Positions 1 through 13,479 of a stretch of 64,000 bases of DNA are shown piece by piece. The DNA lies in NCBI RefSeq assembly GCF_001194135.2, contig NC_068999.1:765983-829982 (forward strand), in the 5' to 3' direction. A program made the position numbers and the translations under genes. Position 1 is the stretch's first letter; each line of letters opens with the position of its first letter. The stretch comes from Octopus bimaculoides (Eukaryota). Under the pieces are notes generated by a model, which was not told the origin of the DNA, searched no databases, and saw nothing but the letters and a program-made list of their open reading frames with translations.

Positions 1-41
<41 letters not shown>

Positions 42-280
42 TGAAATACTGAATTAGGCTAAATGTCGGGGTTTTCCTTTCAAGTCACCCATTTTCTCAC
101 TCAAGTATGTTCATACACGAGTTGTGTAATGCAGCACAGGTAGTTATTCATGTGTAATGAGGTTCGAATCCTGAAATATCTGCGACGTTTTTTAAACTTG
201 CGCTATAAGGAAATCGCAATCGTCATCTTTGTCATCCACACACACAGAAACACACACAAATACACACACACGCACACACA

Positions 281-328
<48 letters not shown>

Positions 329-1957
329 CACAATCACACACGCACACAGATATAGCAATATATCTTATTTCAAGATAAGCATAAATACAATTTAACTTTA
401 AATTGAAGATTTACGCAGAAAGCTTTTTTGTACACGGGATTCTTAATACTTTTACATGAAAAAGTGTGACAGTGACCTCGTAGTTTATCAATCTTTTGGA
501 CCCTGCCCTTAAAATAGTACCCAAACATGGCAGCACTCCTAGGACCGAAACAGATGAAAAATAAAATACAAAATATATTCTTGTACCCCTACTCTGTCAA
601 CTGCAATGATGTTTATGGTCCCCTGAGGAGGGCTAACCATGCTAAAACATGTCTGGAATTGTAATACCTGGTCATCGAAAAATCTTATAATACATCGAGA
701 TAATGTAGCTCTCTCACTGCATAAATAGTGTAAATTAGCGTTTTTGATTCTGCTCACTGTATAATATATGTTAAATCTCATATTCTGGAAACTTATGGCT
801 TCGTTGAATAATTTTTCTCTGATTTATTTTGTAATGATACACTGAGTATAGTGTTCTGTACTTCTGTTATCTCGCCGCTTAAATAGTTTTGATTAAGTTA
901 TAATAACATTCAGATCAAAGCGAGTTTCTGTTGCAATAGGTAAAGATGCTAACATGATCGTATAATTTGGAAATATATGCAAACTATGATTAATGAGCAT
1001 ACATTTTCAAAGCAGTAAACGGGCAGTGAATGTATGAATGACTAAATGGTGGCAAATTCTATCGGAATGAATAATTAATTAGAAACATCGAAACCAAGGA
1101 AAGACTCAAACATATTCGCGCGTGCGCACACACACTACACTCACAAAAAACACATACACACATTTACATCCACAAGCACAGACAAACACATGAGCACATA
1201 CGCAAACAATCCGGCAAAAATCGAACGCAAATTTGAAATATGTAAATTGGAATTCAGCTGTAATTGTCTTTGTATAAATCAGATGCGTTACATTCACCTC
1301 GAAGAGAGAATATGTCGTCCCACCTACTTTTGAAGCCTTATAGGAAGTTTGAAATAATAACATAAAAACAATACTAAATTTCAACAAGATTTGAACCTTC
1401 GACTCGATGCTTTATATTGCAGTTGAATACAATTGATGAGTGTCAAAAAAAAACAATGCGTCCATTAGAGGGCGTTCATGACTTCATAAGATCATAAGGA
1501 AGGGATTGTTAATGGAAAACGTAAGAGAAAATACAAAAGTTAAAATTCAATAAAGGAAAAGAAATACTAGCATTGACAAAATGTCTGAACAACTGTTGAA
1601 GATAATTAAATAAAAGTAAAATGTTAAAAATGTTAAACCAAAAAATGTGCAGCTGTAACGTTTATAATTTGTCAGGTTTTTGCAATTTTACTTGCCACAA
1701 GTTTTGTGCGATTGTTGGAAAAGAAAATTCCCAATAAGAATACATGAGTGACAAAAGACATTAAAAGAAAACTACTGATTCTTCATTTAAGTTCTTTTTG
1801 AGTAAAACATTATTCGTTGCCTTTAAACCTCATTCATTCATTTTTTTGTTTTCTTGTGGAGAGGGACACGAAAGTTGCAACGGCATATTAAACAAGATTA
1901 GCAGTTTCCGTTTACTTGCCAGACATAATTTCAATCCATCAGCTTAGTCTGTCTCGT

Positions 1958-2059
1958 TCTTATTGGTGATAAGATTTCATTATCTTACAAATCTTATTGG
2001 TGATAAGATTTCATTATCTTACAAATCTTATTGGTGATGAGATTTGTAAGATAATGAAA
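1958..2059. repeat. Modular 17-nt repeat A-B-A-B-A*-B' forming a 22-bp fold-back
   Basis: A=tcttattggtgataaga at 1958, 1992 and 2026 (one change). B=tttcattatcttacaaa at 1975 and 2009. B'=tttgtaagataatgaaa at 2043-2059 is the exact reverse complement of B. Confidence 0.95.
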
Positions 2060-2092
2060 CAAAACGCAGACAATACCTTTTATTCTTTGCAG

Positions 2093-2151
2093 GAAAATCA
2101 TTCACTAACTTTGCCGAGCCCTCTTTCCTGGCACTTTAGAGCTGTGTCTCT
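2093..2151 (+). CDS. Candidate internal exon (ENHSLTLPSPLSWHFRAVS), product unknown
   Basis: Acceptor caataccttttattctttgcAG and donor TCT|gtgagt. Only the phase-0 frame is open. No homology recognised. Confidence 0.25.
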
Positions 2152-2234
2152 GTGAGTACATGCGAATAAAGAATCCTGTTTCGATTCTCATATTTTAACC
2201 AATATTGCACTGAACATACTTGGCAATTCTCCAG

Positions 2235-2330
2235 AGAATCTACCCTCTTCTCCCCTCCACATTCGCCACATCGCATATACAAGCCAAATGTTAAAGTATT
2301 TTTGGTTGAGTCAACTGAAAATTGCGGCAG
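2235..2330 (+). CDS. Candidate internal exon (ESTLFSPPHSPHRIYKPNVKVFLVESTENCG)
   Basis: Acceptor ggcaattctccAG and a weak donor CAG|gtcctg. The 96 nt read phase 2->2, compatible with the flanking candidates. Confidence 0.15.
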
Positions 2331-3018
2331 GTCCTGTTCGTGAAACATCCATTATTTTCAATTGCTGCGCACCCAAAGTATTCAGCACAAGCAATTCACC
2401 ATTGATTTTCTACCTCTCTGCACGTGTTTATTCTTATTTTAAGAAAAGCTCTACGCCGTGATATATCCTCAACAAAGGCAACCACTCTTATGCTATCAAT
2501 GATCATACTATTAGGGTAACTATTGTATCACCTCATTGTACTCTCTTCAAATATTTCGAAGTTAATGGTGACATCAATTGTTCTGCAGTACCTAGAATGT
2601 CTATGTCTTTTATACTTACACTTCGAGTTCGAATAAATTTAGAACGACTGGTGACCCGCTCTCCTCTCTTATCCACCAGTGATGTCTTGGAAGAATTTAG
2701 CGAAAGCAAATAATAGACGTTGGCCACAAAAAAAGAAACTTGTTGAAGTAAATGAAGCGAATGAATACGTTTTTTATCAAATAGTCAAACATATAAACTA
2801 CAACGCGTGACACACAAGCATACACACAGAAAAACACACGCTCACACACATACCACAGCAAATCACACACACATACGCACAGACTCATATTCATATATAT
2901 CCACGCATACGCGTAAGTCATGCACTTGCATATATACACACACCACTGACGTTACGCACAGACTCACATTCACACACATGTACAAACACTAACACACACA
3001 GTTATTCAGGGTTTTCAG

Positions 3019-3253
3019 GTGTTCCATAGACCAAATTTCCATCAAAATTTATTGGTCAACAGGAGGCTTTACAATAAAAGACACTTTCTCAATATTCTAT
3101 GTAGAGGAATCGCAGCAGGAATTGCATGGAGGCGAAGAGAATTTCTTAACTGTAGATATATCTTTGGAACGGAAGGATTTCATGGAGAAAATGAAAAATA
3201 CAACAGATAAAATAATGAGAAGTACACGAGAATATGGAAGACAGCAGTTTTAA
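3019..3253 (+). CDS. Candidate terminal exon (CSIDQISIKIYWSTGGFTIKDTFSIFYVEESQ...YGRQQF*)
   Basis: Acceptor gttttcAG, then 77 stop-free codons from 3020 to TAA at 3251-3253, with several AATAAA at about 3358-3420. Not listed in this frame in the ORF track because there is no early ATG. Confidence 0.25.
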
Positions 3254-3597
3254 TATTCTTGTTAGTAAGAGTCCCACCCTGACATAAAATAGCAAAATGT
3301 AATATCAAGAATCATATTAATTCGAAATTTTTAGTCTGGCATGAAACCAAGAAAAGAAATAAATACATACATAAATAAAATCATAAATAAATAAAACTGA
3401 ATATATTCATAAAAATAAAGAACAATCTAAGAAAATACACAACCGCTTTCTTATAGTCTGGTGTGTGTTGTTGGGCAAATATCTATAAAATGAGATGATT
3501 CTAAAAAATGGCATTTCAGAAAGTGTCTATCATGGATTGGTATGGCTTAATTTTTTTTAGTCAATTTTACGTTTATTTCTACATTTGAACATACTCG

Positions 3598-3673
<76 letters not shown>

Positions 3674-3743
3674 CTATTGTTATCACGATTATTAGTATTA
3701 ACGCTAATATAATGTTATATATATTATCAGTAAACGAACTATT

Positions 3744-3816
<73 letters not shown>

Positions 3817-4118
3817 GGGCGGCGAGCTGGCAGAATCGTTAGCACGCTGGGCGAAATGCATAGCGTTATTTCGTCTGTCTTTATGTCCTGACTTCAAATT
3901 CCGTCGAGATCAACTGTGCCTTTCACCCTTTCGGGGTCGAAGACCTTATCTATATTTCACCCGTCGCTATGTCCTGAGTTCAAATTTCGCCGAGGTCGAC
4001 TTTGTCTGTCATCTTTCCTGGCTCGATGAATTAAGTATCAACTGCTTACTGGGTGGATCAAATCGACTGCTCCCCACTAGCAAAAATTTCAGGCCTTCTG
4101 CTTATAGTAGCAAGGATT
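3817..4118 (+). mobile_element. SINE family 1 copy with duplicated internal segment
   Basis: Head ggcggcgagctggcagaatcgttagca, B-box-like gagttcaaatt and core tttcggggtcga. Homologous to copies at 12.7, 16.6, 25.4, 34.3 and 53.9 kb. Flanked 5' by (ATT)n. Confidence 0.85.
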
Positions 4119-4209
4119 GAAGGTTGTCCATTTTGACTTCAATTTTCAATATCTCCACACCACATAATTTTCTTTCTCTCTATCTCTCTCCATTCTCTTT
4201 TCTCTTTAC

Positions 4210-4322
<113 letters not shown>

Positions 4323-4429
4323 AGTCACATTTTTCTTGCAACAATTCAGCGACATGTTCACGGTACCACCGACATCTTCCACCACCTTCCCCTCGTTCTT
4401 CTCCTATCTCTTCATCTTATTACTTCCAT

Positions 4430-4570
4430 CCTCCACCTCCTCCACCTCCTCCTCCTCCTCCTCCTCCTCCTCCTACTACTACTACTACTACTACTACAAA
4501 TAATTAGTGAGATAATATGAAGAATAAGGATATTAATAATGATGGTGATAACAACAACAACAACAACAGC

Positions 4571-4659
<89 letters not shown>

Positions 4660-4660
4660 T
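4430..4660. repeat. Compound trinucleotide microsatellite (CCT)n(ACT)n...(AAC)n(AAT)n
   Basis: Read directly from the sequence. Confidence 0.95.
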
Positions 4661-5126
4661 AATCTTGGTCATATACCCAGCAGGGTGGCATAAGGTAATT
4701 GAAGTAATATGTTTAGTTCGAGAGGATCGCTATACATTTTTATTGTCATATGATGTTTAGGTGAGATTACATTTACATCTTTTTATTTCATTTTTGTTTT
4801 TGCGTTGTCGGTGTTTTTTTTATATATTTTCGTACTTCCTGCCAACTCGGCAAATGGACATGTACAAGAAAAAATATATATACATGTATGTATGTATACA
4901 CACACACATACATAGGTATATATATGTATTTATATGTTTATTAGTATTTGCATAAATGTATATGTCAATCCTGGTGTGTGTTTGCGTATATATTTGTTTA
5001 CAAGCTGACATTCGCCAGCGATTATATGTATATGTATATGTGTTTGTGTGTGTGTGTGTGTAGATATGCATGTATATATAAATATACATATATATTTGTA
5101 TATACGCATGCATACACTCGCACACA

Positions 5127-5174
<48 letters not shown>

Positions 5175-5595
5175 TGTAATCAAATATATTTGTGCGATTT
5201 TTTGCGCGTGTGAAAGTGTGTAAGCAGATAAGAATAAATTCTGAGGGCTCATAAAAAAAAAAGAAAAGCGAAACAATCCTGGATCTCGTAGAATTCATTG
5301 GAATTAGTCTGCAACAAATGTATACATATTGAAACAGAAACGAAAGAATGGGAAAACCGAAAGCAATGAAATCCATCAGAACACACGTGCAGCGATATAT
5401 TCGGAAAGAAAAACTGATGCCAATTATTGCTATATTATATTTCACTCACTCTCATTCTCTCTCTATCCTCCGTCTCCCTTACTTTCTTATTCATTCTCTC
5501 GCTTACGTCCTTTCTGTCTCTCTGTCTCTCTTCATATATTTGCCTTGAATTTACTTTGCATTGTTCTGGGTTTACCAACGATCCTTTTTACAATA

Positions 5596-5680
<85 letters not shown>

Positions 5681-6069
5681 AGTAAAGATAGGAACGGAAC
5701 GTGTATTAATACTGAAGGGAATCTCATGCTACCGAACGTAGATGTAATCGTAGAACGGCGTATTATACCTGTTACTGACCTTGACATTTAACGTGAAATG
5801 TTTGTAGCAGATGAGATATTTTTTGATGGAAGCGTCACTGGTCTTATATAGACTGCTGGCAGCGTGATTTGGCTAGCATGCCATGGAAACATGTCTGTTA
5901 CTGATGAAGCACAAATATGTTGAAGGCAAGTGGTACAACAGTTCTACCGCATGTTCATCTACAGAATATTTCACTATTACGGCATTCTCTGAAATGATTG
6001 TCCTCAACTAGGATTTAATGTGCTCTCTCTCTCACTCTCAAATTCTCTCTCATTCTCTCTTTATCTCTT

Positions 6070-6111
<42 letters not shown>

Positions 6112-6121
6112 NNNNNNNNNN

Positions 6122-6165
<44 letters not shown>

Positions 6166-6308
6166 CACGCGCGCGCGCACATATATATTTTCCATAAATG
6201 GAATCAATGATTTGTTTTGTATACGTATATGCAGATACATACATGTAGATCCATACATACACATCTATATACATATATATACGAAAATATATTTAGATAC
6301 ATACAGTG

Positions 6309-6371
<63 letters not shown>

Positions 6372-6514
6372 TGTGTTTTTGTGTGCAATCAGAACAAAAC
6401 AATCCTTTGCACACTGATACACAATACAAATGCACTTCAATGCAAATCTTTTGCCGAAAAATGCTTCAGGTCTTTCTCATTATTCTGTTATTCTTCTTGT
6501 CGTTATTGGTGCAT

Positions 6515-6526
6515 TATTATTATTAA

Positions 6527-6571
<45 letters not shown>

Positions 6572-6591
6572 CATTAATATTACTTTATTAC

Positions 6592-6676
<85 letters not shown>

Positions 6677-6690
6677 ATTATTATTATTAA

Positions 6691-6768
<78 letters not shown>

Positions 6769-6800
6769 CATTATTATTAACATTATCATCATCATCAACA
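6515..6800. repeat. Long (ATT)n microsatellite
   Basis: About 285 bp of near-perfect ATT with ttaacatt interruptions. It is the source of the poly-L/I/N ORFs. Confidence 0.97.
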
Positions 6801-7044
6801 TCATTGCAACAGTGCTTCCTATCTCTATTCAATATTTTCAAAGCAATTATTAGTAGTCATTTTTCTATTGTATCAGATACAACTTTCACTATTTTTCGGT
6901 CTGAAGCTGAAAGACTAAATCGCATAAAATGGCCGAAATTGCAATATCCTTCCAACAAACAATACACATTGATCCTATATACAATTGTATTACAAGTTGT
7001 CTTTGTTTCTATATTATGTTTGTATGACAAACACCGTTAAATAG

Positions 7045-7082
<38 letters not shown>

Positions 7083-7796
7083 TATAGATAGATAGATAGA
7101 GAGGGAGAGAGAGAACGAGAGACTGATATATATATATATGTAACGAAAGAGAGAAAGAGAGTGAGGGGGAGAAAGAAAGAACGTGTAACAGTAATACTGC
7201 AACTATCGACTCGTCTATTAACATTAGTATAATAGTCGCTGTTGCCATAACACTACCAATCTTAAAACAGCGAGAGGGCTATCGTCATCGCCATCATCAT
7301 CATCATCTGTGCCGTCGACATGGACGTCGTGGCCAACATCATCCTCCTCATCATCATATTGATCACCATCGTCGTCTTCGTCGTTGTCATCATCTCACTA
7401 TCAAAAAAAAAAAAAAACACTACAACAGGGTAGTGTTGAGCAAGAGCTCAGTAAAAAATAACAGACACAAAAAAACCAATTGTGAATATAGTTAACAGAT
7501 ATATATTACACATACTCGCACACACATATCCTGAAACGAACGAACGCCCCCATAAATTATATATTCTTATATATTTATATATTTGTATGCTTGCGCATGT
7601 GTGTGCGCATGTGTGTCTGGGTTTGCATAGGGGATGTTGTTTGCTGCTTACTTTTGAAGGTGTCATATCCACTGATCTGCGTCGACCCTAACGTTTCTGC
7701 TAGCTCGCCGCTATTTTGAATGGGATATTGTGTCCTTTTCCTTTTATGAGAACTGTCAAATTTAGTCGGAAAGCACTGTATTTAAAAAGTTTTTTA

Positions 7797-7850
7797 TCTT
7801 TTACTTCTTTCAGTCACTAGAGTACAGCCATGGTATGGCACCGTCTTGAA
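7797..7850 (-). mobile_element. SINE family 3 3'-end fragment
   Basis: The reverse complement (gacggtgccataccatggctgtac..tgactgaaagaagtaaaag) matches the motif ggtgctccagcatggccgcagtc..actgaaacaaataaaag at 24629-24675. Confidence 0.65.
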
Positions 7851-8405
7851 GAAGCTTTTATAGATCGAATGTATATTTTAGTCAAGGGAATGTATATTGA
7901 ATCGATACAAAGCAAACATAACAAGGAACGATAGTTGCAATACTCTAGAATTTTTGAATTTTCTGGCTCATATTAAAATGTTTCTCCTATAAGCATAGGG
8001 AAAAGGTCTAAATATGAAATATCGTTCTATACTGTATATTAGTAGACTTTTTTGAGTGTGCGCCTACATGAAATACGAGAAAACTGCTGTTGCATTTTGA
8101 ATTCAAATCTCACAAACGGTGAGACAATCACCCATCAAAGGCTGGAAGAGAATGTCAAGTTGGGCCTTGACCCTTACAAACGATGGATCTCTGGGCTGAA
8201 TGACAGGACGCCGATTGTTTCAGTGGTGTTGATGGTTGCATGAAGTTTCTTTGTAGACCATACTGATATGTGGACGAAATTCGCTAAGTATATAGCGATT
8301 TTTCAAAATGAGAACAACACTTTATCAACAAAGTAAAAACACAGACGGTTTATATGCAAACACACAGGCGCAGGCAAACACACACTCACACACACACACA
8401 CGCAT

Positions 8406-8436
<31 letters not shown>

Positions 8437-8439
8437 TAC

Positions 8440-8473
<34 letters not shown>

Positions 8474-9214
8474 GCGTGCGTGCGTGTATGTATATCTATG
8501 TATTTATATCTATATTCATTTATTTATATGTATACATGTAACTATACATATATATCTGTATATAAGTATATCTATAAATGTATATCTGTGTGTATGTTTG
8601 CAATTAAACTTATTCATAGATTTACATTACTTATCTTTAACAAATGGTGAAACGGCGATGCACAGTATGGAAGCAATTACACTACAACGCTATAACATAC
8701 ACCAAAGAACCATGAAACGATATTTCAATGTTGTCTATCTTACATTATAAATGAAGCTAAGGGGTAATGGTCATTTATTTAGAGCTGTTACTCTGTGAGA
8801 GATAATGCCTTCTCTATGAAACACTATGGCTGTTTCTCGCGATCAATTGTAGACCGGTTCCGACCTTATAAATCTGATAAAGTTAATATTTGAAGAGAGA
8901 GGCTAATATAATTGTTTTCATGTAACATGGCGTTGTCTTTCAAATAATTTACACAATGGAGATTTCATTGCAGATTTATTTCCAGATCTAAGTAAACAGA
9001 ATTATACTGTTGTATAGTAGACTAATCGGCTTCCATTAAGTATTTTTATTTCTGATTTTGGTGCTTGCTTAATTTGTGGTACCATTTATCATTTATCTCA
9101 CACAACTCATTCACAGACACTAACACGCTGATACGAACACAGATTTTATTTATTAAAACAAGAGATGAGTAAGGTTTGCTCTACTTCTCCGTAAACAGAA
9201 ATATATGCATACAG

Positions 9215-9282
<68 letters not shown>

Positions 9283-10859
9283 NNNNNNNNNNNNNNNNNN
9301 NNNNNNNNNNNNNNNNNNNNNNNNNNNNNNNNNNNNNNNNNNNNNNNNNNNNNNNNNNNNNNNNNNNNNNNNNNNNNNNNNNNNNNNNNNNNNNNNNNNN
9401 NNNNNNNNNNNNNNNNNNNNNNNNNNNNNNNNNNNNNNNNNNNNNNNNNNNNNNNNNNNNNNNNNNNNNNNNNNNNNNNNNNNNNNNNNNNNNNNNNNNN
9501 NNNNNNNNNNNNNNNNNNNNNNNNNNNNNNNNNNNNNNNNNNNNNNNNNNNNNNNNNNNNNNNNNNNNNNNNNNNNNNNNNNNNNNNNNNNNNNNNNNNN
9601 NNNNNNNNNNNNNNNNNNNNNNNNNNNNNNNNNNNNNNNNNNNNNNNNNNNNNNNNNNNNNNNNNNNNNNNNNNNNNNNNNNNNNNNNNNNNNNNNNNNN
9701 NNNNNNNNNNNNNNNNNNNNNNNNNNNNNNNNNNNNNNNNNNNNNNNATATATATATATATATATATATACATGCATATAGTAACGATTATCTCTCCGAA
9801 AAATATCTGCCCCCTAGGGTATACCATGTGCTTTGCCAATTCTATATTTTATAGAATCGGGTGGATATGACGGGGTGGTTTGAGATCATGATTTGGAGAG
9901 CTAGAACTTCATTTGATAAAATATTTTACCATAATGTCTGAAGATTCTGTCAATCTACGCTCCATCAGATTATTGTCTGAGTATGTTCTATTTGTGGTAG
10001 ACAAGTACAACACATTTCAAAACTGAAATAAACATTTGCATATAACAGAAAAAATGTTAAAATTTGTAATAAAGAAATTTAAATTTCAAATTGTTGAAAC
10101 TTTAGATTTATGCTGAAGAACTCATCTACAACACCTTGGAAATTTGTTTCAAATGTTATTTTTTTTTTTTTTAATATATTTCTTTTTCACTTTTCTCCAC
10201 ATGATATATGCTTTCTGTGCAATATTTGACAGTTTGGCACCATTGTGAAAAAAAAAAAATTGTATATTTTAGCTTGTTTTGTATCCATACTTTACATATT
10301 ATTATTAATATTATTATCCTCATCAATATTATTTTTACAATCATTATCGTTGTTGTAGTTCTTACGTGCTTTTGTTTAATCTTCTCTTTCGAAACATACT
10401 TTTAAAATAAGGAATTCGCTAAATTCATTAAACATTTTTTCTTTCTTTCTGTTAAACTTTCCCAACAGTATCGTATTGTCTGGAAAAGAATCGTGCAAAT
10501 CATAGCGAAGTTCCTTTAGGCAATGATACGGAATTAAATTCACAACTCTGCGATTTCATTCCTAAACATTTCCATTGTATAAAGAATGGTAAAACCCATA
10601 CAACCTTTGTCATAATAATGGAAAATTCATAAAAGCATCAAAATACACAGTGATACGATTCCATAAAATATTCCTAATATATTCATATTGGTGGTAAGAA
10701 TTTTCTAATCATATGTAAAACCTGCGGCTATCATATAATTTTTAGACAATATGTTGCGTATGAGTCGAATCACATACAAGAATGCGTTTTGTCTATAACA
10801 ATAATATATAATAAAAATACTATGAAATGTCTATAAGCACTTCCCCAAATAATATGCAC

Positions 10860-10961
<102 letters not shown>

Positions 10962-11350
10962 TGTACATATATTCGGATATAGATATATACACGCACACGC
11001 TTATACATACACATGTATATATGCGAACTTAAGCATGTGTGCATGTATGTGTGTATGTGTGTTATTGTGTGTGTTGTGTAGATATAAAACGCATATTTCA
11101 GCAAATTAATTGATAAAATAGGATCCAAATGAGACGAATGTTGGGGTTAGGTATTCAATTATATTGAGTGCAGCACTTAAGTGGTATATATTCTATTGAC
11201 CCAGGGGGTAAAAGGATTGTGTTGACTTCAACTTGGCTTAAACACGTAACGTAAAAAAAATCTTATATTATTCATTAGATTTTGTCGGTCCAGCTACCAA
11301 TTGTACCATCGGTCAAACCTCATTTCTATTAAAACAACAGTATCTTATAG

Positions 11351-11410
11351 ACTTACCTGTATCAGAAGATGCATATGTATCTCCTCAGGCGATACTCAGT
11401 TGCTGTCTCG
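11351..11410 (+). CDS. Candidate 60-nt exon (phase-1 reading DLPVSEDAYVSPQAILSCCL)
   Basis: Acceptor cagtatcttatAG and a consensus donor TCG|gtaagt. All three frames are open, so the frame is undetermined. Confidence 0.25.
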
Positions 11411-11956
11411 GTAAGTAAATCTAGGTTTCCATGCTACAACATCCATCGCTTCTTCTTTGAAACTAACAAACGCTGACGGTTTCAATTTCCTGAACATGAG
11501 TAAATTTGTAATGGACTGGTGTCGTGTTCAGAGCAGATGTTAGTATCTGAGTCACATATGCGCCTTGGAAACCAGGTAACCACCCTACCAGCCCATCGAG
11601 TAGAGACAGTTGTGTTTCTAGAGGATGTTCTTGACGATGACGTTGGATATAATTATGTGTGTGTCTATGTTTATGTGTATGCGTATGTTTATATCTAGTG
11701 TATAGAGAGAACAAAGCGATTGAGGTTTTGGTGATCTACAGAACCACAATGGAAAGTCAACTGATTAAAATGGAATTTTCGATATAGTAACACATATTTA
11801 TTATTAAAACTAAGAAATTTTATCTCACACAATCAAAATATCCGACATTTTATTTCATCGACACATGAAATAAGAAATTCTACACATTCACGTACACACA
11901 CACAAACACATATAATATTTATGTATTTATACAATACTGAACATAACTATGCCTGC

Positions 11957-12026
<70 letters not shown>

Positions 12027-12609
12027 CTATATATAGTTATGAATATATGTGAATCTTTCTGTATTCGTAGAAACAGTATTTCTTGTCTTTGAATTTCACC
12101 ATTGTTCTTAAGATCAGACAATTAATCACCTAAGACAATCTGCAATCTATTCCGACAGTGTTTATGTATTAACAAAATATTTCATATTTCTTAGACTGAA
12201 CAGATGTGTCCAGAAATATGGAAACATCATCTCGATATATTGTGAAATATTACGAACCGTAATTTAAATTCTTTAGGAGAAAGCTTTGTAATCAAGCATA
12301 GAGCCTATAACTGTTTTATTGTTGTCATACATTAGTATTATACACATGGCTATTATTTTATTGAGTATTAGAAATTATAAACGTAATCTTTAGGGAATCA
12401 AACATGTATATGTGTATATACAAACATCCACTCATACATGCGTATATAGATAGTTAACAGAAAACAAAACAAGAAAGAAGAGATGATATAATTAGTTATC
12501 TTACGTACGTTTCATTAACTAAAACGTCGATCAGCGTACACATCATCAATGTATACATAAATATATGTAAATAAGTATATATGTATATGTATGTATGTAT
12601 ATAAGCATG

Positions 12610-12662
<53 letters not shown>

Positions 12663-12670
12663 TCGTCGAA

Positions 12671-12830
12671 TGAAATGATTAATAGCGTTTCGTGCGTCTT
12701 TACGTTCTGATTTCAAATTCCACTGAGGTCGACTTTGTATTTCGGAGTCCATAAAGTAAGTATCAACTGAACTGGGGTCGATGTAATCGACATAACCTCT
12801 CACGCAAGTTGGTTGGACTTGTACTAAAAT
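12671..12830 (+). mobile_element. SINE family 1, 5'-truncated
   Basis: The motifs tttacgttctgatttcaaattccactgaggtcgacttt and ggggtcgatgtaatcgac align with the 3817 and 25369 copies. Confidence 0.8.
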
Positions 12831-13479
12831 TTAACTAGTATTATAATATTATTTAGAAAGTTTAATATCAGAAAACTACATACACAAATGAGTCTATATA
12901 TATATATATATTTTCATGTCAACTAAATGAATTCAAACAAGCGTGAAACGCCAGTATTTTATTTGCAAATATATCCACCAATATTTCCAGGTAATCAGCT
13001 ATCCGTGTCTAGATTCATGTTTTAGTTTGTAGGAAAGCATTAACTTTGTCAAAAAGTCGCTGTCTTTAAACAAACACAGACAAACATCAAATATAAATAG
13101 TAAACATATGTTTTACTAATCAACATATCATGAATATGTTTAATCTTCAAATTTCAATTCATAGAAACCCATTTCCAATCTCTTTGTTGATGTTGTTGTT
13201 GAGCCACAGGTCACACTTGAGAGAGATGACCTCGATTTGAAAATGTTCTCGCCACGTATTTACCTCAGGATAAAATCGATTATATCGATCATTAACTCTT
13301 TCATGTCAGCAAATCATTAATTTCGGTTTGCGTGTTGGATAGGATTTCTGACAGTGTGTATTCTCACTCTGCACTCTGAGTTCGAATCACGCCTACGGAA
13401 AATTTACCATTTATTCTTTCAGGCTTGATGGAGAGTATAAACCCAGGGCAAGGGTTATGCGCTACATCTACAGCGTCTG

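Noticed and set aside
1958-2059. CRISPR-like 34-bp periodicity
   Set aside because: The units abut with identical 'spacers', there are no cas genes, and the context is eukaryotic.
2136-2727. Minus-strand exon candidates (RCGECGGE..; TSLVDKRGERVTSRS..) with gtatgt/gtaagt donors
   Set aside because: The acceptors are weak, no domain is recognised, and they overlap the competing plus-strand model. They cannot be supported without RNA data.
6306-7040. 244-aa hydrophobic ORF, and other poly-L/F/S/E/N ORFs (23413, 37969, 38519, 55513, 57572)
   Set aside because: These are translations of trinucleotide or tetranucleotide microsatellites, which stay open automatically.
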